Of a DNA stretch of 64,000 nt, positions 1 through 9,766 are shown piece by piece (within the stretch, counting starts at the first letter, position 1; every line of letters starts with the position of its first letter). Source of the stretch: Clostridiales bacterium (GTDB lineage Bacteria; Bacillota; Clostridia; Christensenellales; UBA1242); the NCBI GenBank assembly GCA_015069395.1, contig SVIR01000002.1, forward strand, positions 18,005 through 82,004, given 5' to 3'. The translations under genes and the position numbers were made by a program. The notes under the pieces were generated by a model. The model made no database searches. It saw nothing but the letters and a program-made list of their open reading frames with translations, and was not told the origin of the DNA.

Positions 1-1089
1 CAAGAAAAAGTTTTAAACAAAATATCTAAAGAGATTTTTTTATTTGATATAAATAGAATATCAAAAGAAAAAACAATTTTTTCTTGTGCATATTCTGATC
101 GCAAAAAAGTTGAAAAATGTCTAAAAAGCAATAATTTTAATATAGTTTTTATTAAAAATGAAGGTTTTTTTTATATTTTTTCTAAATTTTTAACAAATTA
201 TGGTTTGATTTTTGCTATTTTAATTTTTTTTATTTTTTATTTTACTCAATCGAATCTGATTTTGCAATATGACATAAGTGGCGAGAGTGTTTTGCAAGAG
301 AAAGAGGTTGTATCTTTTTTAAAAGAAAATCTTTCTAGAAACAAAAAAGAGATTGATTTGCAAGAGGCAGAGAATGCACTTCGGACAAACTTTGACGAAA
401 TCAGCTTTGTGTCTTGTATTATCAAAGGGCAAACCCTTATCGTAAATATCAAAGAGAAACTTTTGCCAAATGAGATATATGGAGAGTTTGAGCCAATTTT
501 ATCTACTAAAAATGGAAAGATTAAAAGTATTGATTTAGTTTCGGGAACTCTTAATGTCAAAACTGGTGACTTTGTAAAAGAAGGAGATGTGTTGGTCTTG
601 CCTTATGTGATTGATGCTTCTGGTGAGATTAAAGAGGTTGAACCAAAAGCGACAATTGTCGCTGAAGTTTATTATGAAGGGGTTGCCGAACATTATCAAA
701 GCAAAGTTGAAAGGATAAGAACGGGAAGAGTGGTTGAAAAGAATTCGATCACATTGTTTGGTCTTGAAATATATTCGTATGAGCCAGATATTCAATTTGA
801 AAAATATGAATCAGAAGAGGAGGAAGTTGAATTAGTAGACAACCTTTTATTGCCATTAAAAATGAAAAAGACGATATGTTATGAGGTCGAAGAGGTTTTA
901 GTTGAAACTGACTTTGAAAACGTGAAAGAAAAATTTATCGAAGATGCTAAGCAAAATGCGTTGTCAAAAAGTGAAGGTTGTGATAAAATAATTGAAGAGT
1001 TTTATACTCTTAGGCATTTGTGTGGTATGACAACTGTCAATTATTGCATAGTGGCCGAACAACAAATAGGAGGAAACAATGATAATTGA
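1..1089 (+). CDS. yqfD: Sporulation protein YqfD-like, 5' end outside window
   Basis: Frame 1 is open from nt 1 (QEKVLNKISKEIF...) into the tracked ORF 205-1089. It has one TM segment (LIFAILIFFIFYF) followed by a beta-rich region resembling Bacillus YqfD as I recall it (KGQTLIVNIKEK, VKEGDVLV). It lies directly upstream of ybeY-era, as in the Bacillus yqfD...ybeY...era region. Confidence 0.65.
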   Translation, partial: QEKVLNKISKEIFLFDINRISKEKTIFSCAYSDRKKVEKCLKSNNFNIVFIKNEGFFYIFSKFLTNYGLIFAILIFFIFYFTQSNLILQYDISGESVLQEKEVVSFLKENLSRNKKEIDLQEAENALRTNFDEISFVSCIIKGQTLIVNIKEKLLPNEIYGEFEPILSTKNGKIKSIDLVSGTLNVKTGDFVKEGDVLVLPYVIDASGEIKEVEPKATIVAEVYYEGVAEHYQSKVERIRTGRVVEKNSITLFGLEIYSYEPDIQFEKYESEEEEVELVDNLLLPLKMKKTICYEVEEVLVETDFENVKEKFIEDAKQNALSKSEGCDKIIEEFYTLRHLCGMTTVNYCIVAEQQIGGNNDN

Positions 1090-1540
1090 AGGAAGTTTAT
1101 TTCCTTATAAAGGCAAAATAACAAAACTTTTTGACGTAGCAGAAGAAGTTTTGAAAGAGAAATTTTCAGATGTTTGTGTGTCTATCAATTTTATAAACGA
1201 AGAAGAAATAAAAGAGCTTAACAAAAACTTTAGAAACGTTGATAGAAAAACTGATGTTTTGTCATTTCCAAATTTAGAAAAATCCCCAAATCAAAAACTG
1301 AAGGTTTTTGAAAAAGAAAAATGTGATGGGGTTTTGTTTTTAGGAGACATAGTTATTTGCAAAAATGTTGCTTATGCTCAAGCAAAAGAATACGGTCATA
1401 GCAAGAAGAGGGAGGTTTGTTTTTTGGCTTTGCATGGACTTTTACATTTGCTGGGTTATGATCATATTGAGGTTGAAGATGAAAAACTTATGCAAAAAAT
1501 AGCAAATAAAATCTTGGACAAGTTTGGAGTGCAAAGATGA
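1079..1540 (+). CDS. ybeY: Endoribonuclease YbeY (rRNA maturation)
   Basis: 153 aa with the zinc motif HGLLHLLGYDH. It overlaps the upstream gene and overlaps era by ATGA. Confidence 0.9.
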   Translation: MIIEGSLFPYKGKITKLFDVAEEVLKEKFSDVCVSINFINEEEIKELNKNFRNVDRKTDVLSFPNLEKSPNQKLKVFEKEKCDGVLFLGDIVICKNVAYAQAKEYGHSKKREVCFLALHGLLHLLGYDHIEVEDEKLMQKIANKILDKFGVQR

Positions 1541-2364
1541 AATGTGGGTATGTAGCTGTGTTAGGCAGACCAAATGCTGGAAAAAGTAGTTTAGTCAACT
1601 TTTTGGTTGGAGAAGAAGTTGCTATTGTTTCTCATAGGAAGCAAACTACTAGAAATTCTATTTTGGGGATAAAAAATGGAGCAGGGTATCAAATTATTTT
1701 TGTGGATACTCCAGGGATTCACCACTCAAAAAATAAGTTGGACAAATTTATGATGAAAAACGTACGCAGTGCTTTGGCTGGAGCAGATGTTGTTTTGTAT
1801 TTGTTTGATGGGACAAAAGAATTAGACGAAGAAGAACTGCAATATATCGAAATGTTAAAATCAAAAACAGAAAACTTGATTTTGTTGCAAACAAAAGCTG
1901 ACAAAACTCAACTTGATCATAAAATTGATGCAATGCAAGTGTCGGCAGAAAATGGAAAGAATGTTGATATTTTGTTAAATGAAATAGTAAAGCTCTTACC
2001 AGAGAACAATGCAGTATATGACGAAGATTATTATACGGACAAATCAATATCATTTTTAGTAGCAGAAAAAATTAGGGGGATTTTGCTTAATAATTTAGAC
2101 AAAGAAATTCCACACGGAGTCGCAGTTGTTATCAATTCTTTTAATGAAACGTATGACAAAGTATTTATAGAGGCAGATATTGTCTGTGAAAGAGAACAAC
2201 ACAAGGGGATTATTATTGGCAAAGCAGGCTCTTTTTTAAAAAAAGTAGGGCAGGAAACAAGGGTATATGTTGAAGATTTATTGGAAAAACAATGCATTTT
2301 AAAACTTTTTGTTAAAGTAGAAAAAGATTGGAGAGATAAAAACACACAAGATTTTGGTTATTAA
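1537..2364 (+). CDS. era: GTPase Era
   Basis: G1 motif GRPNAGKSS, G3 motif DTPG, G4 motif TKAD, and a C-terminal KH-like segment GIIIGKAGSFLKKVG. Confidence 0.92.
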   Translation: MKCGYVAVLGRPNAGKSSLVNFLVGEEVAIVSHRKQTTRNSILGIKNGAGYQIIFVDTPGIHHSKNKLDKFMMKNVRSALAGADVVLYLFDGTKELDEEELQYIEMLKSKTENLILLQTKADKTQLDHKIDAMQVSAENGKNVDILLNEIVKLLPENNAVYDEDYYTDKSISFLVAEKIRGILLNNLDKEIPHGVAVVINSFNETYDKVFIEADIVCEREQHKGIIIGKAGSFLKKVGQETRVYVEDLLEKQCILKLFVKVEKDWRDKNTQDFGY

Positions 2365-2415
2365 TGTATGAAATTTTTCTTTTGAGTTACAATAGATTCA
2401 AAGGAGAAAAAGAAT

Positions 2416-2667
2416 ATGATTATTGCAAATTATATTGCCTATATTTTGACAATTATCGGAGCATTGAACTGGGGTCTTGTTGGAATTTTCAACTTTGACC
2501 TTGTAACCTTTATTTGTGGAGGTTTCAGAAATGGTTGGGGAATTGCTATATATGTTTTAATTATGCTCGCAGCGATTTGGCTTATTATTTCACCAATTAT
2601 ATCTCGTGGAATGCTTGATCTTGGTTGTCCTTATAGACGCAGCAAAGAACAAAAAAACAGCAAATAA
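2416..2667 (+). CDS. DUF378-family small membrane protein
   Basis: 83 aa with two TM segments and the motif GALNWGLVGIFNFDLV typical of DUF378. AAGGAG lies upstream of the ATG. Confidence 0.7.
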   Translation: MIIANYIAYILTIIGALNWGLVGIFNFDLVTFICGGFRNGWGIAIYVLIMLAAIWLIISPIISRGMLDLGCPYRRSKEQKNSK

Positions 2668-2682
2668 TTGCTGTTTTTTTTG
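2651..2682. terminator. Bidirectional rho-independent terminator between convergent genes
   Basis: A-run, stem CAGCAA/TTGCTG (2658-2663 / 2668-2673), then a T-run. Confidence 0.6.
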
Positions 2683-2696
2683 TTATATTTTTAAAA

Positions 2697-3335
2697 TTAT
2701 AGCATTTTTGACTCTTTCTTCTTTGCTAAAAGTTTTTCAATCTCTTTTTCGACAGCTTGACCTAAAAGGCCGTGACTGGCTTTTGTTAAGTGTTCGCCAT
2801 CTTCTCCAACTTCTAGATTTAAAGCTGAAGCAAAAGAAAGGTTTAATCTTTTACTCAAAACTTTATAACCAATATCTAATTTTTGACTTTTTTCTTCTGC
2901 GCCCACATAATATTTGTCTGTGATAGGAGTTCCTCTTTTTATAAAGGGTGGACTTATGAGCAAAAGTTTTGCATTGGTTTTGCTTCTTATTTGTTGAATA
3001 AAATTTTCCATTTGGAAACAGATTTCTTCTGATGAGAGTGCGAATCTGCTTTTACAATCGTTTGTTCCTAACTGAATAATACACAAATCGGTATTTTCTA
3101 TGTCATTAAAATCTTGATCAAAGGTCTTTGTTGCATTTCGACCCGTTATCCAAGGATCGTCGCTGTTTATTGTTCTTCCACACAATCCATTTACAACGAC
3201 CGAGTGTTTTTTAGATAGATTGTACCACCATATTTGTTCAAGGGGATATCTTTGTGGAATTGCGTCTTTGGAATAACCATTAATATTTGGAATATACCCC
3301 CAAGTATTGCTATCTCCATAAATAAAAATGTTCAT
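2697..3335 (-). CDS. SGNH/GDSL-family hydrolase
   Basis: Block I is IYGDSNTWGY, block II is GLCGRT, block III is LGTNDC and block V is DGEHLT. AGAGG lies upstream. Confidence 0.75.
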   Translation of the reverse strand: MNIFIYGDSNTWGYIPNINGYSKDAIPQRYPLEQIWWYNLSKKHSVVVNGLCGRTINSDDPWITGRNATKTFDQDFNDIENTDLCIIQLGTNDCKSRFALSSEEICFQMENFIQQIRSKTNAKLLLISPPFIKRGTPITDKYYVGAEEKSQKLDIGYKVLSKRLNLSFASALNLEVGEDGEHLTKASHGLLGQAVEKEIEKLLAKKKESKML

Positions 3336-3400
3336 TTTCTACCTCTTGACTAAATTTTAACACAAGAAATATCTTTTGTAAAGAACTTGTTAGGCAAATA

Positions 3401-3428
3401 AAAAAAGCCTATTTAAAAGGCTTTTTGT
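3401..3428 (-). terminator. Terminator downstream of tRNA-Trp
   Basis: The sequence AAAAAAGCCT-atttaaa-AGGCTTTTT forms a hairpin with a T-run on the minus strand immediately after the tRNA 3' end. Confidence 0.6.
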
Positions 3429-3429
3429 T

Positions 3430-3503
3430 TGGCAGGGGTGGAAGGAATCGAACCCTCCTCTGGAGTTTTGGAGACTCTCATTCTACCGATGAACTACACC
3501 CCT
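3430..3503 (-). tRNA. trnW: tRNA-Trp (anticodon CCA), CCA-3' encoded
   Basis: The reverse complement AGGGGTGTAGTTCATCGGTAGAATGAGAGTCTCCAAAACTCCAGAGGAGGGTTCGATTCCTTCCACCCCTGCCA folds as a 74-nt cloverleaf. The anticodon loop is CTCCAAA and the T-loop is TTCGATT. Confidence 0.9.
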
Positions 3504-3515
3504 AAAAACGATTTT

Positions 3516-3544
3516 ATTTTACTATAAAAAATTATTTATGTCAA
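3516..3544 (-). promoter_or_regulatory. Sigma-A type promoter of tRNA-Trp
   Basis: On the minus strand, TTGACA-N17-TAAAAT ends 12 nt before the mature tRNA 5' end. Confidence 0.6.
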
Positions 3545-3601
3545 TAAATTTGTTTGTATTTGTGAAAAAATATTGTATAATTAATGCTGTTTGGAGAAAT
3601 T

Positions 3602-4216
3602 ATGAATGTTTTAAGAATTGAAGCTGACTTGCTAGATAGCAATGTTTTTGTAGCGACAGAAAATGATGTTTGTGTAATTGTTGATGCAGGGGCTTCTTTA
3701 GAGAAAATTAAACAAGTTGTAGGAGAAAAAAAGGTCGTAGGAGTATTGTTAACCCATGCTCATTATGATCATTGTTATTATGCTCAAGATTATGCAAAAG
3801 AATTTTCTTGCAAGATCTATTGCAGTAAAAATGCAAGAGAATATTTAGAAAATTCAGTTTACAATTATAGTGAAGGTCATTTCAAGGTGGAAGGCTTTTC
3901 TGAATTTATTTTTCTTGATTGCGAAGGAAAATTGTCGTTTGATGGAATTAAAGTTTCTTATACTCAGCTTGGTGGACACAGTCTTGCAGATATGATCTTT
4001 AAAATTGAAAACGACGTTTTTGTGGGGGACTTGTTGATAGGTCGAGATATAGGTAGGTTGGATCTTTATGGTGGAAGCAAAGAGGGTATGAAAAGCAGTT
4101 TGGATTATTTGATTAAATTAGATTTTGAAACAATTCATTCTGGACACGGAGAAGACAATTCTAAAGATTCGCAAATTAAGGTTATGAAATTATGGCAGAA
4201 ATTTTTAAATAGATAA
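3602..4216 (+). CDS. MBL-fold metallo-hydrolase
   Basis: HxHxDH motif LLTHAHYDHC and a later HSGHG. I moved the start to ATG 3602, behind GGAG, because the tracked ATG 3584 lies only 2 nt after a TATAAT box (3576-3581). Confidence 0.8.
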   Translation: MNVLRIEADLLDSNVFVATENDVCVIVDAGASLEKIKQVVGEKKVVGVLLTHAHYDHCYYAQDYAKEFSCKIYCSKNAREYLENSVYNYSEGHFKVEGFSEFIFLDCEGKLSFDGIKVSYTQLGGHSLADMIFKIENDVFVGDLLIGRDIGRLDLYGGSKEGMKSSLDYLIKLDFETIHSGHGEDNSKDSQIKVMKLWQKFLNR

Positions 4217-4281
4217 AATAATAAAAAATTAATAAAAAAACTATTTTTTAATTAAAAATAAATTTTTTTATTATAAAAAAT

Positions 4282-4312
4282 AAAAAAAATCGCATTTTTG
4301 AGCGATTTTTTT
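4282..4312. terminator. Bidirectional terminator
   Basis: A-run, stem AATCGC/GCGATT, then a T-run, located between the convergent MBL and dnaI genes. Confidence 0.6.
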
Positions 4313-4314
4313 AA

Positions 4315-5202
4315 TTATTTTCTATTTTTCAATCTAAAATCTTGACCAGAGAGGAAATAATTTATTGATGTTTTTTTATCTCCAATACGAGAGTAAATTC
4401 TTTCGTCATATCTATTTCTTATGTCGTCTAGATCAAGATTTGTGGTTATGATTGTTGGAAGTTTTTTCATTTTTCTTTCGTTTATGATTAGATACAAAAA
4501 TTGTTCGGTTACATTTTTATATAGAGGTTCTGTTCCTAAATCGTCGATAAACAAAATTTCAATGTCAAGATAGTTGTTTAAAATGGTTTCGTCGTTTCTC
4601 TTAGAAAATTCTTTCATATCTTGATTGAGATTTAGAGCTGTAACTATTTTTACCACTTTTCCTTTTTCAATCAAAGTTTTGGCCATACACTTTGCTAGGT
4701 GTGTTTTTCCAACTCCGACTTCTCCAGCAATCAAAATTAGATTTTTGCTGAAAGAACTGTCGCACCATTGTTGCATTTTTTTATAAAAGGCTTTAGTAGT
4801 GTTGTCAGAAAATTGAGCCTTTTCAAAATCTTCTAATTCGTCAAAGCCACTATTTTCTAAAAGAAGTCTTGAGATTTCTTGATTTAAGCATTTGCATCGA
4901 TCACCATTTAAATATCCCGTATCTTTACATAGTGGGCAGGAGTATTCTACCTCGCCAACATTTATAGAGTTTTTGTATTCTTTAATTTGTTGGTGTAGCT
5001 TGTGCTCTAAAGATTTGTCAACTGTTTCACCCAAGCTTTCTTTTCTTGCATTTTCAATCATAGTTCTTGTATATTCTTTTTCAAGATTGACGAAATTTGG
5101 GTTTGAATAAAGGCTTTTGGTCTGCGTTTCGTATTTTCTTTCAGCAGCCAATTTTCTTTCTAAAATTTTATTAAGAGCCTTTTTTACAATGTTGTCTTTC
5201 AT
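4315..5202 (-). CDS. dnaI: Helicase loader DnaI/DnaC family
   Basis: N-terminal zinc motif CPLCKDTG...C.C, Walker A GEVGVGKTH and Walker B LFIDDLG. It lies directly downstream of a DnaD-domain gene, as in the Bacillus dnaB-dnaI pair. Confidence 0.8.
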   Translation of the reverse strand: MKDNIVKKALNKILERKLAAERKYETQTKSLYSNPNFVNLEKEYTRTMIENARKESLGETVDKSLEHKLHQQIKEYKNSINVGEVEYSCPLCKDTGYLNGDRCKCLNQEISRLLLENSGFDELEDFEKAQFSDNTTKAFYKKMQQWCDSSFSKNLILIAGEVGVGKTHLAKCMAKTLIEKGKVVKIVTALNLNQDMKEFSKRNDETILNNYLDIEILFIDDLGTEPLYKNVTEQFLYLIINERKMKKLPTIITTNLDLDDIRNRYDERIYSRIGDKKTSINYFLSGQDFRLKNRK

Positions 5203-5210
5203 ACTTCTCC

Positions 5211-6653
5211 TTAAATTTCGATTTCGTCAATAGATTGAAACAATGAATTTGCCTCTTCTTTTGTGTAACTTCTTCCCGTAGAGAAACTTGATTTCTTTTC
5301 TTTTGGACTAACTATATTAAACGATGTTTTGGCATCTTCAATAGTTTTGATATTCTTATCATTAAAAGAAGCCAATATTGTTGAAAGATATTGCATTGGT
5401 TGATCTTTTCCGACTGCCAACGAACAAGCATATTCGACAAGTTCGTCAGAAAAAAGCCAAACGTCTTTCCAGATTTTGTATTTGTCCCTATCATATTGGT
5501 TGACGTTTCTAGAGAGTCCAACGCTTTCAAGAATCGCTTTTATTTTTTTGTCTTTGACCAAGACTTCGTCAAAATATTCAGCAAGAGCATTTTCGCTCAA
5601 AATTCCCATCTTATGGAATTTTGCAAGAACTCTATCCATTCCGTCTAAAGAACGAACGTTTGTCTTAAAACAAAAATTTGAAACTTCTTCTAGCATTTTT
5701 TCAGAAAAACCCATATTAAGCCAATTGAAAACATAATTGTCAATGACGGGTTCGAGGTTTTCATAATATAGTCCCAAGTTTTTGAGAAGGCAGGTGGTGA
5801 TTTTGAATATGTTTTTCTTTTCTTCTTCGAAAGTTTTAATTTCGTCAATAGAGAAGAGTTTGAGTGAAAAATATTTGTCCAATTGTTTGTCGATCGCTTC
5901 GAAAACAAAGTTTTTTCCTTTGCATTTTTTTGCAACAAACTCGACAATTTCGAGATCAAATCCTTGGTTGACAACCCACTTTTTAAAGAGTTCAAGTTCG
6001 TCAACATTTAATGCTCTCTTCAGGCCCAAAGATTTAATTAGTCCTTCGGTTTCTCCATACAAGCCTTCAATTTCACTAATCTTTTCTTCAATTTGTTTTG
6101 CTGTCGTGATTTTTTTGTTCGCCCAATCTTTTGCTATTGTAGAAATATAAGCATAGCTGACATTATTCCCTTTGACTTTCACGCAATAGCCGATTATCAT
6201 TAAAAGCCCTTCTTTTTCGATATGTAAACGTTCAACAAGATCATAATATTCTCTATATTCGTTTGGCGTAATCATTCTTCCATTTAGGATTTCTTGGGCT
6301 TGAGTATTGAAATTTACATATTTTTTCTCATTGTATTTTTTGTAGTTGTTCAAAACGTCAGTTATAGGCAAATATCTTACCTCAAAAGGAATCACGTTCA
6401 AGATATGAACAAGCCCTTGTTCGCTCCAGTAAGCAAAAGCTTTTTCGATTTCTTCAGTTGACAAGTGAAGTTCGTTTGCAAAATTTTCGATTGTGTTGTC
6501 TTTACTGTTCGAGTCCTGACACTTATATAGACCATAAAGATAAACCTTTACAAACATAGGGTCTGCATATGGGAGATAATTGTTGATAAAGATATTGTCA
6601 ACAGCTGTTGTATTGTTTGCTAACATATCAAAAGAATATTTACAAAAAGCCAT
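5211..6653 (-). CDS. DnaD-domain replication initiation / membrane attachment protein (B. subtilis DnaB-like)
   Basis: About 480 aa, helical, positioned immediately upstream of dnaI. I placed the start at ATG 6653, preceded by AGGAGGG. The tracked upstream extension to 6731 has no SD. Confidence 0.65.
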   Translation of the reverse strand: MAFCKYSFDMLANNTTAVDNIFINNYLPYADPMFVKVYLYGLYKCQDSNSKDNTIENFANELHLSTEEIEKAFAYWSEQGLVHILNVIPFEVRYLPITDVLNNYKKYNEKKYVNFNTQAQEILNGRMITPNEYREYYDLVERLHIEKEGLLMIIGYCVKVKGNNVSYAYISTIAKDWANKKITTAKQIEEKISEIEGLYGETEGLIKSLGLKRALNVDELELFKKWVVNQGFDLEIVEFVAKKCKGKNFVFEAIDKQLDKYFSLKLFSIDEIKTFEEEKKNIFKITTCLLKNLGLYYENLEPVIDNYVFNWLNMGFSEKMLEEVSNFCFKTNVRSLDGMDRVLAKFHKMGILSENALAEYFDEVLVKDKKIKAILESVGLSRNVNQYDRDKYKIWKDVWLFSDELVEYACSLAVGKDQPMQYLSTILASFNDKNIKTIEDAKTSFNIVSPKEKKSSFSTGRSYTKEEANSLFQSIDEIEI

Positions 6654-6772
6654 AATCCCTCCTGTGCAATCTTTGTAAAAAGTTTGTTTTGTCAAATTAT
6701 GATAACACAAAAGGTTTAATTTTTCAACCATTTTAAAAGAATGTTTGCCTTGAATTGTGAATAAGGTATTAT

Positions 6773-8215
6773 ATGAAAAAATTGTGGTTGGTTTTGGTAT
6801 TGATTGTTCCGTTCTTCTTCTTTGGATGTGAAAGCGAAGAAATATTTTCTACGTATAATATTTGTGCTGAATATGACAAAGAAAACAATCAACTGAATTG
6901 TCAGCAAGAAGTTGATTATGTAAACAATTCTTCTAATATATTAAATAAAGTCTGCTTTTTTCTTTACGCAAATGCTTTTGACGAAGATCAGAAACCCGTA
7001 TCGGTATCTAGTCATTCAAAAGCATATTACAATGGCGAAAGTTATGGAAATATAACAGTTGAATCGGCTTTTGTGAATGGAGCAGAAGCCATATTTGAAA
7101 TTTCTGAAGCTAAAAATGTGTTAACAATAGAACTTCAAGAAGAGCTATTCCCAAACGAAATTGTTGAAATTGAAATAACTTATCAAATTAATTTAGCAAA
7201 TATCAATCATAGACTGGGGAGAGGAGAAAACACAATAAATTTTGGAAACTTCTTTCCAAGGGCTTTGGTGTATGAAGATGGAGAAGGGTTTATAGAGCAA
7301 AAACTTGTTGCAAATGGAGACCCCTTTTATAGTGATATTTCAAATTATCAGGTAGAGCTAACCTTTGACCAGTGTTTTGATTTGGCAAGCACAGGCACAT
7401 TTGAAATTGAACTAAACGGAGATAAAAAAACAGCTTTTTGTAAAGCTGAAAAAGTAAGAGATTTTTGTTTTGTTTTATCTGAAAAATTTGATGTTTTATC
7501 GCAAGATTGCAATGGGGTGCAAGTAAATTATTTTTATTATGACGAAGAAGAGCCACAAAGTAGACTGCAAACATGTGTAGATGCTTTAAGGACGTTTGAA
7601 ACTTTGTATGGTGAATACCCTTACAAACAACTAAGTGTTGTAAAAAGCAGTTTTTGTTATGGAGGTATGGAATATCCCAATCTGGTTTTGATTTCTGACG
7701 ATCTTGAGGAAATGGATATGGATTATGTTATAGTGCATGAAATAGCACATCAATGGTGGTATTCCGTGGTAGGAAACAATCAATATGACGAGGCTTGGCT
7801 TGACGAGAGCGTTACTGAATTTTCAACAATGATGTTTTATGCAAAAAACGAAGGTTACGGAGTTGATTATCAAACACTGATTAACAATGCAAAAGAAAAT
7901 TATGTGCGTTTTGTTGAGATTTTCTCTGATATTAAAGGAGATGTAGATCAATCTATGAACAGGTCTTTAGACGAATTTAAAACTGAACCTGAATATGTAA
8001 ATTGTGTTTATGTTAAAGGAGTGTTGTTGTATGATAGTTTAAGAGATGTTTTGGGTGAAAAAAAACTATTGAAATGTCTTAAGTCTTATTTCGAACAGTA
8101 TTCTTATAAAAATGCGAAAACAGAAGATTTGATTCATGTATTTTCTAAAACTTCTAAAATAAACCTGCAAGCGTATTTTGATTCTTGGTTAAATGGATCG
8201 GTCGTAATTGAATAG
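6773..8215 (+). CDS. M1-family zinc metallopeptidase, lipoprotein
   Basis: Lipobox FFFFGC, GxMEN-like motif GGMEYP, and HEIAHQWWY followed 18 residues later by WLDESVTEF (HExxH-18-E). Confidence 0.8.
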   Translation: MKKLWLVLVLIVPFFFFGCESEEIFSTYNICAEYDKENNQLNCQQEVDYVNNSSNILNKVCFFLYANAFDEDQKPVSVSSHSKAYYNGESYGNITVESAFVNGAEAIFEISEAKNVLTIELQEELFPNEIVEIEITYQINLANINHRLGRGENTINFGNFFPRALVYEDGEGFIEQKLVANGDPFYSDISNYQVELTFDQCFDLASTGTFEIELNGDKKTAFCKAEKVRDFCFVLSEKFDVLSQDCNGVQVNYFYYDEEEPQSRLQTCVDALRTFETLYGEYPYKQLSVVKSSFCYGGMEYPNLVLISDDLEEMDMDYVIVHEIAHQWWYSVVGNNQYDEAWLDESVTEFSTMMFYAKNEGYGVDYQTLINNAKENYVRFVEIFSDIKGDVDQSMNRSLDEFKTEPEYVNCVYVKGVLLYDSLRDVLGEKKLLKCLKSYFEQYSYKNAKTEDLIHVFSKTSKINLQAYFDSWLNGSVVIE

Positions 8216-8218
8216 CAA

Positions 8219-8248
8219 CAAAAAAAACAGCCGTTTTGGCTGTTTTTT
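8219..8248. terminator. Bidirectional terminator
   Basis: A-run, stem ACAGCC/GGCTGT, then a T-run, between convergent genes. Confidence 0.6.
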
Positions 8249-9431
8249 ATTTATAATTGTTTATAATGTTTGGCTTTAAACCTTTCTTCTTACAGTCAAA
8301 GTCTTTGTCCCAATCTTTAATTGCTTGTTCAAACATCTCAATATAAAAAGGCATACTTTTTTCGATAGTAAATTTATGAGCGTGTTGTTCTACTGCTTTA
8401 CGTTCGGCTTTGAGTTCTTCTGGGTGTTCAATCCACCAGTCAATCTTTTCGGCCAAATCTTTGTAATCGCCGTGCTTAAACAAACTTTTTTCATGAACTG
8501 TAAATTGAGGTGTGGCGCTCTTTGGGCTGTCTCCAACCAAAGCAGGACAACCACAAGCGATCGCTTCAATACAGCTCATTCCTTCAACTTCTATATCAGC
8601 CGGGTGAATATACAAGTCTGCATAATTGAAGAGCGATACGAGTTGTTCTCTTGTGAAGAATGAAAAAACAGGATAATTTGGAAGTTTTTTAGCCGTTTTC
8701 ATTATATGTTTTTTAGTAGGGCCTTTTCCACCGAAAACAAGTTGGATTTTGTCTCGATATTTGCTGGCATTTACTGCCTTAATAATAAGATCGTGTCTTT
8801 TTTCTCTTGAAAATCTGCCAATGAAAGTAATCAAAAATTTGTCTTTATATTCTTCAGGGCGAACGGATTCTTGAACTTTGAAAATGTCGTTGTATCCATT
8901 TGAAATCACGTGCATATTACAATTGTATTTGTGTTTTTCGAGTTGTTTGGCTATCATTAGAGAAGGCGTATGGATATGTTTTGCGTATCTATAAACCTTG
9001 TTTTTAAAGCTTGACCAAAGACAACCGTTCACAAGTTTTGATTTGTTTAAATACAGGGTAGAAGTAATGTTTTCTGGAGCTAGATGGAATGCTGCAGAAA
9101 ATGGTACGTTCATTTCTCTACAAAGCTGAATAGTTTTTTGTTCGAGTTTAAATGGTAAATAAACGTGAACAATATCTGCTCCCGTTATTGCTTTTTTCAA
9201 GATCTCTTTATCAAACTTTGCAAATTGAAAGCCTTGAGAGTTGATAATTTTCGTTATGGTTTTTCCAAAATATCTTTCCTTAAGAGAGTAGATAGAATTG
9301 TTTGATTCGTCAATAGAAACAACTCTAACAGTATGTCCCAATTTAACCAATCCATTATAAAATCTTTGAGCAGAGATGCTCGTTCCGTGATTGTTTTGCC
9401 AAAACTGATCTGTAACTAATGTGATAACCAT
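8247..9431 (-). CDS. Glycosyltransferase family 4 (GT-B, retaining type)
   Basis: The N-terminal half is a Rossmann fold and the C-terminal half carries the EX7E region EGMSCIEAIACGCP. I moved the start to ATG 9431 (MVITLVTDQF). Confidence 0.75.
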   Translation of the reverse strand: MVITLVTDQFWQNNHGTSISAQRFYNGLVKLGHTVRVVSIDESNNSIYSLKERYFGKTITKIINSQGFQFAKFDKEILKKAITGADIVHVYLPFKLEQKTIQLCREMNVPFSAAFHLAPENITSTLYLNKSKLVNGCLWSSFKNKVYRYAKHIHTPSLMIAKQLEKHKYNCNMHVISNGYNDIFKVQESVRPEEYKDKFLITFIGRFSREKRHDLIIKAVNASKYRDKIQLVFGGKGPTKKHIMKTAKKLPNYPVFSFFTREQLVSLFNYADLYIHPADIEVEGMSCIEAIACGCPALVGDSPKSATPQFTVHEKSLFKHGDYKDLAEKIDWWIEHPEELKAERKAVEQHAHKFTIEKSMPFYIEMFEQAIKDWDKDFDCKKKGLKPNIINNYK

Positions 9432-9555
9432 AATTAAATCCTTTTTTTTAGTGCTTAATAACATTCTATCATATAAAAAAGAATTTTCAAAATAAATTTA
9501 AAAAATTTTAATTAAAGATTGTATCGAAAGTTCGTAATATGATTTTTTAAACAAG

Positions 9556-9568
9556 CTCGTGACACGAG
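9556..9568. promoter_or_regulatory. Perfect palindrome CTCGTG-A-CACGAG abutting a -35 box (candidate operator)
   Basis: Read directly from the sequence. It ends 3 nt before the TTGACT at 9572. Confidence 0.4.
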
Positions 9569-9571
9569 TTC

Positions 9572-9600
9572 TTGACTATTAGGCTTTTTTATGTTATTAT
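9572..9600 (+). promoter_or_regulatory. Sigma-A type promoter of the small-ORF/PIN cassette
   Basis: TTGACT-N17-TATTAT. The tracked ORF start at 9572 is the TTG of this -35 box. Confidence 0.55.
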
Positions 9601-9619
9601 AAATATAACTGGAGGAAAA

Positions 9620-9766
9620 ATGGATAAACAAATTAAAAAAGACCTTGATGCCAGAATCTCAAAAATGAATGAAACTGAAAGAAAACAATATATTGTAGAT
9701 TCTTTGCAAGAACTAGAAGCTTTTGCTCAAGAAACAAAATGTAAAAGGCATAAGTTTAAGGTGTGA
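9620..9766 (+). CDS. 48-aa charged helical protein, candidate antitoxin/partner of the PIN-like gene
   Basis: The ATG lies behind GGAGG (9611-9615). The product is MDKQIKKDLDARISKMNETERKQYIVDSLQELEAFAQETKCKRHKFKV. Its stop overlaps the next gene's start (GTGTGA). Confidence 0.5.
   Translation: MDKQIKKDLDARISKMNETERKQYIVDSLQELEAFAQETKCKRHKFKV

Noticed and set aside
9572-9619. Tracked ORF start at 9572 (64-aa version of the small protein)
   Set aside because: The TTG at 9572 is the first half of a TTGACT -35 box, and the following sequence contains the -10 box. The ATG at 9620 behind GGAGG is the credible start.
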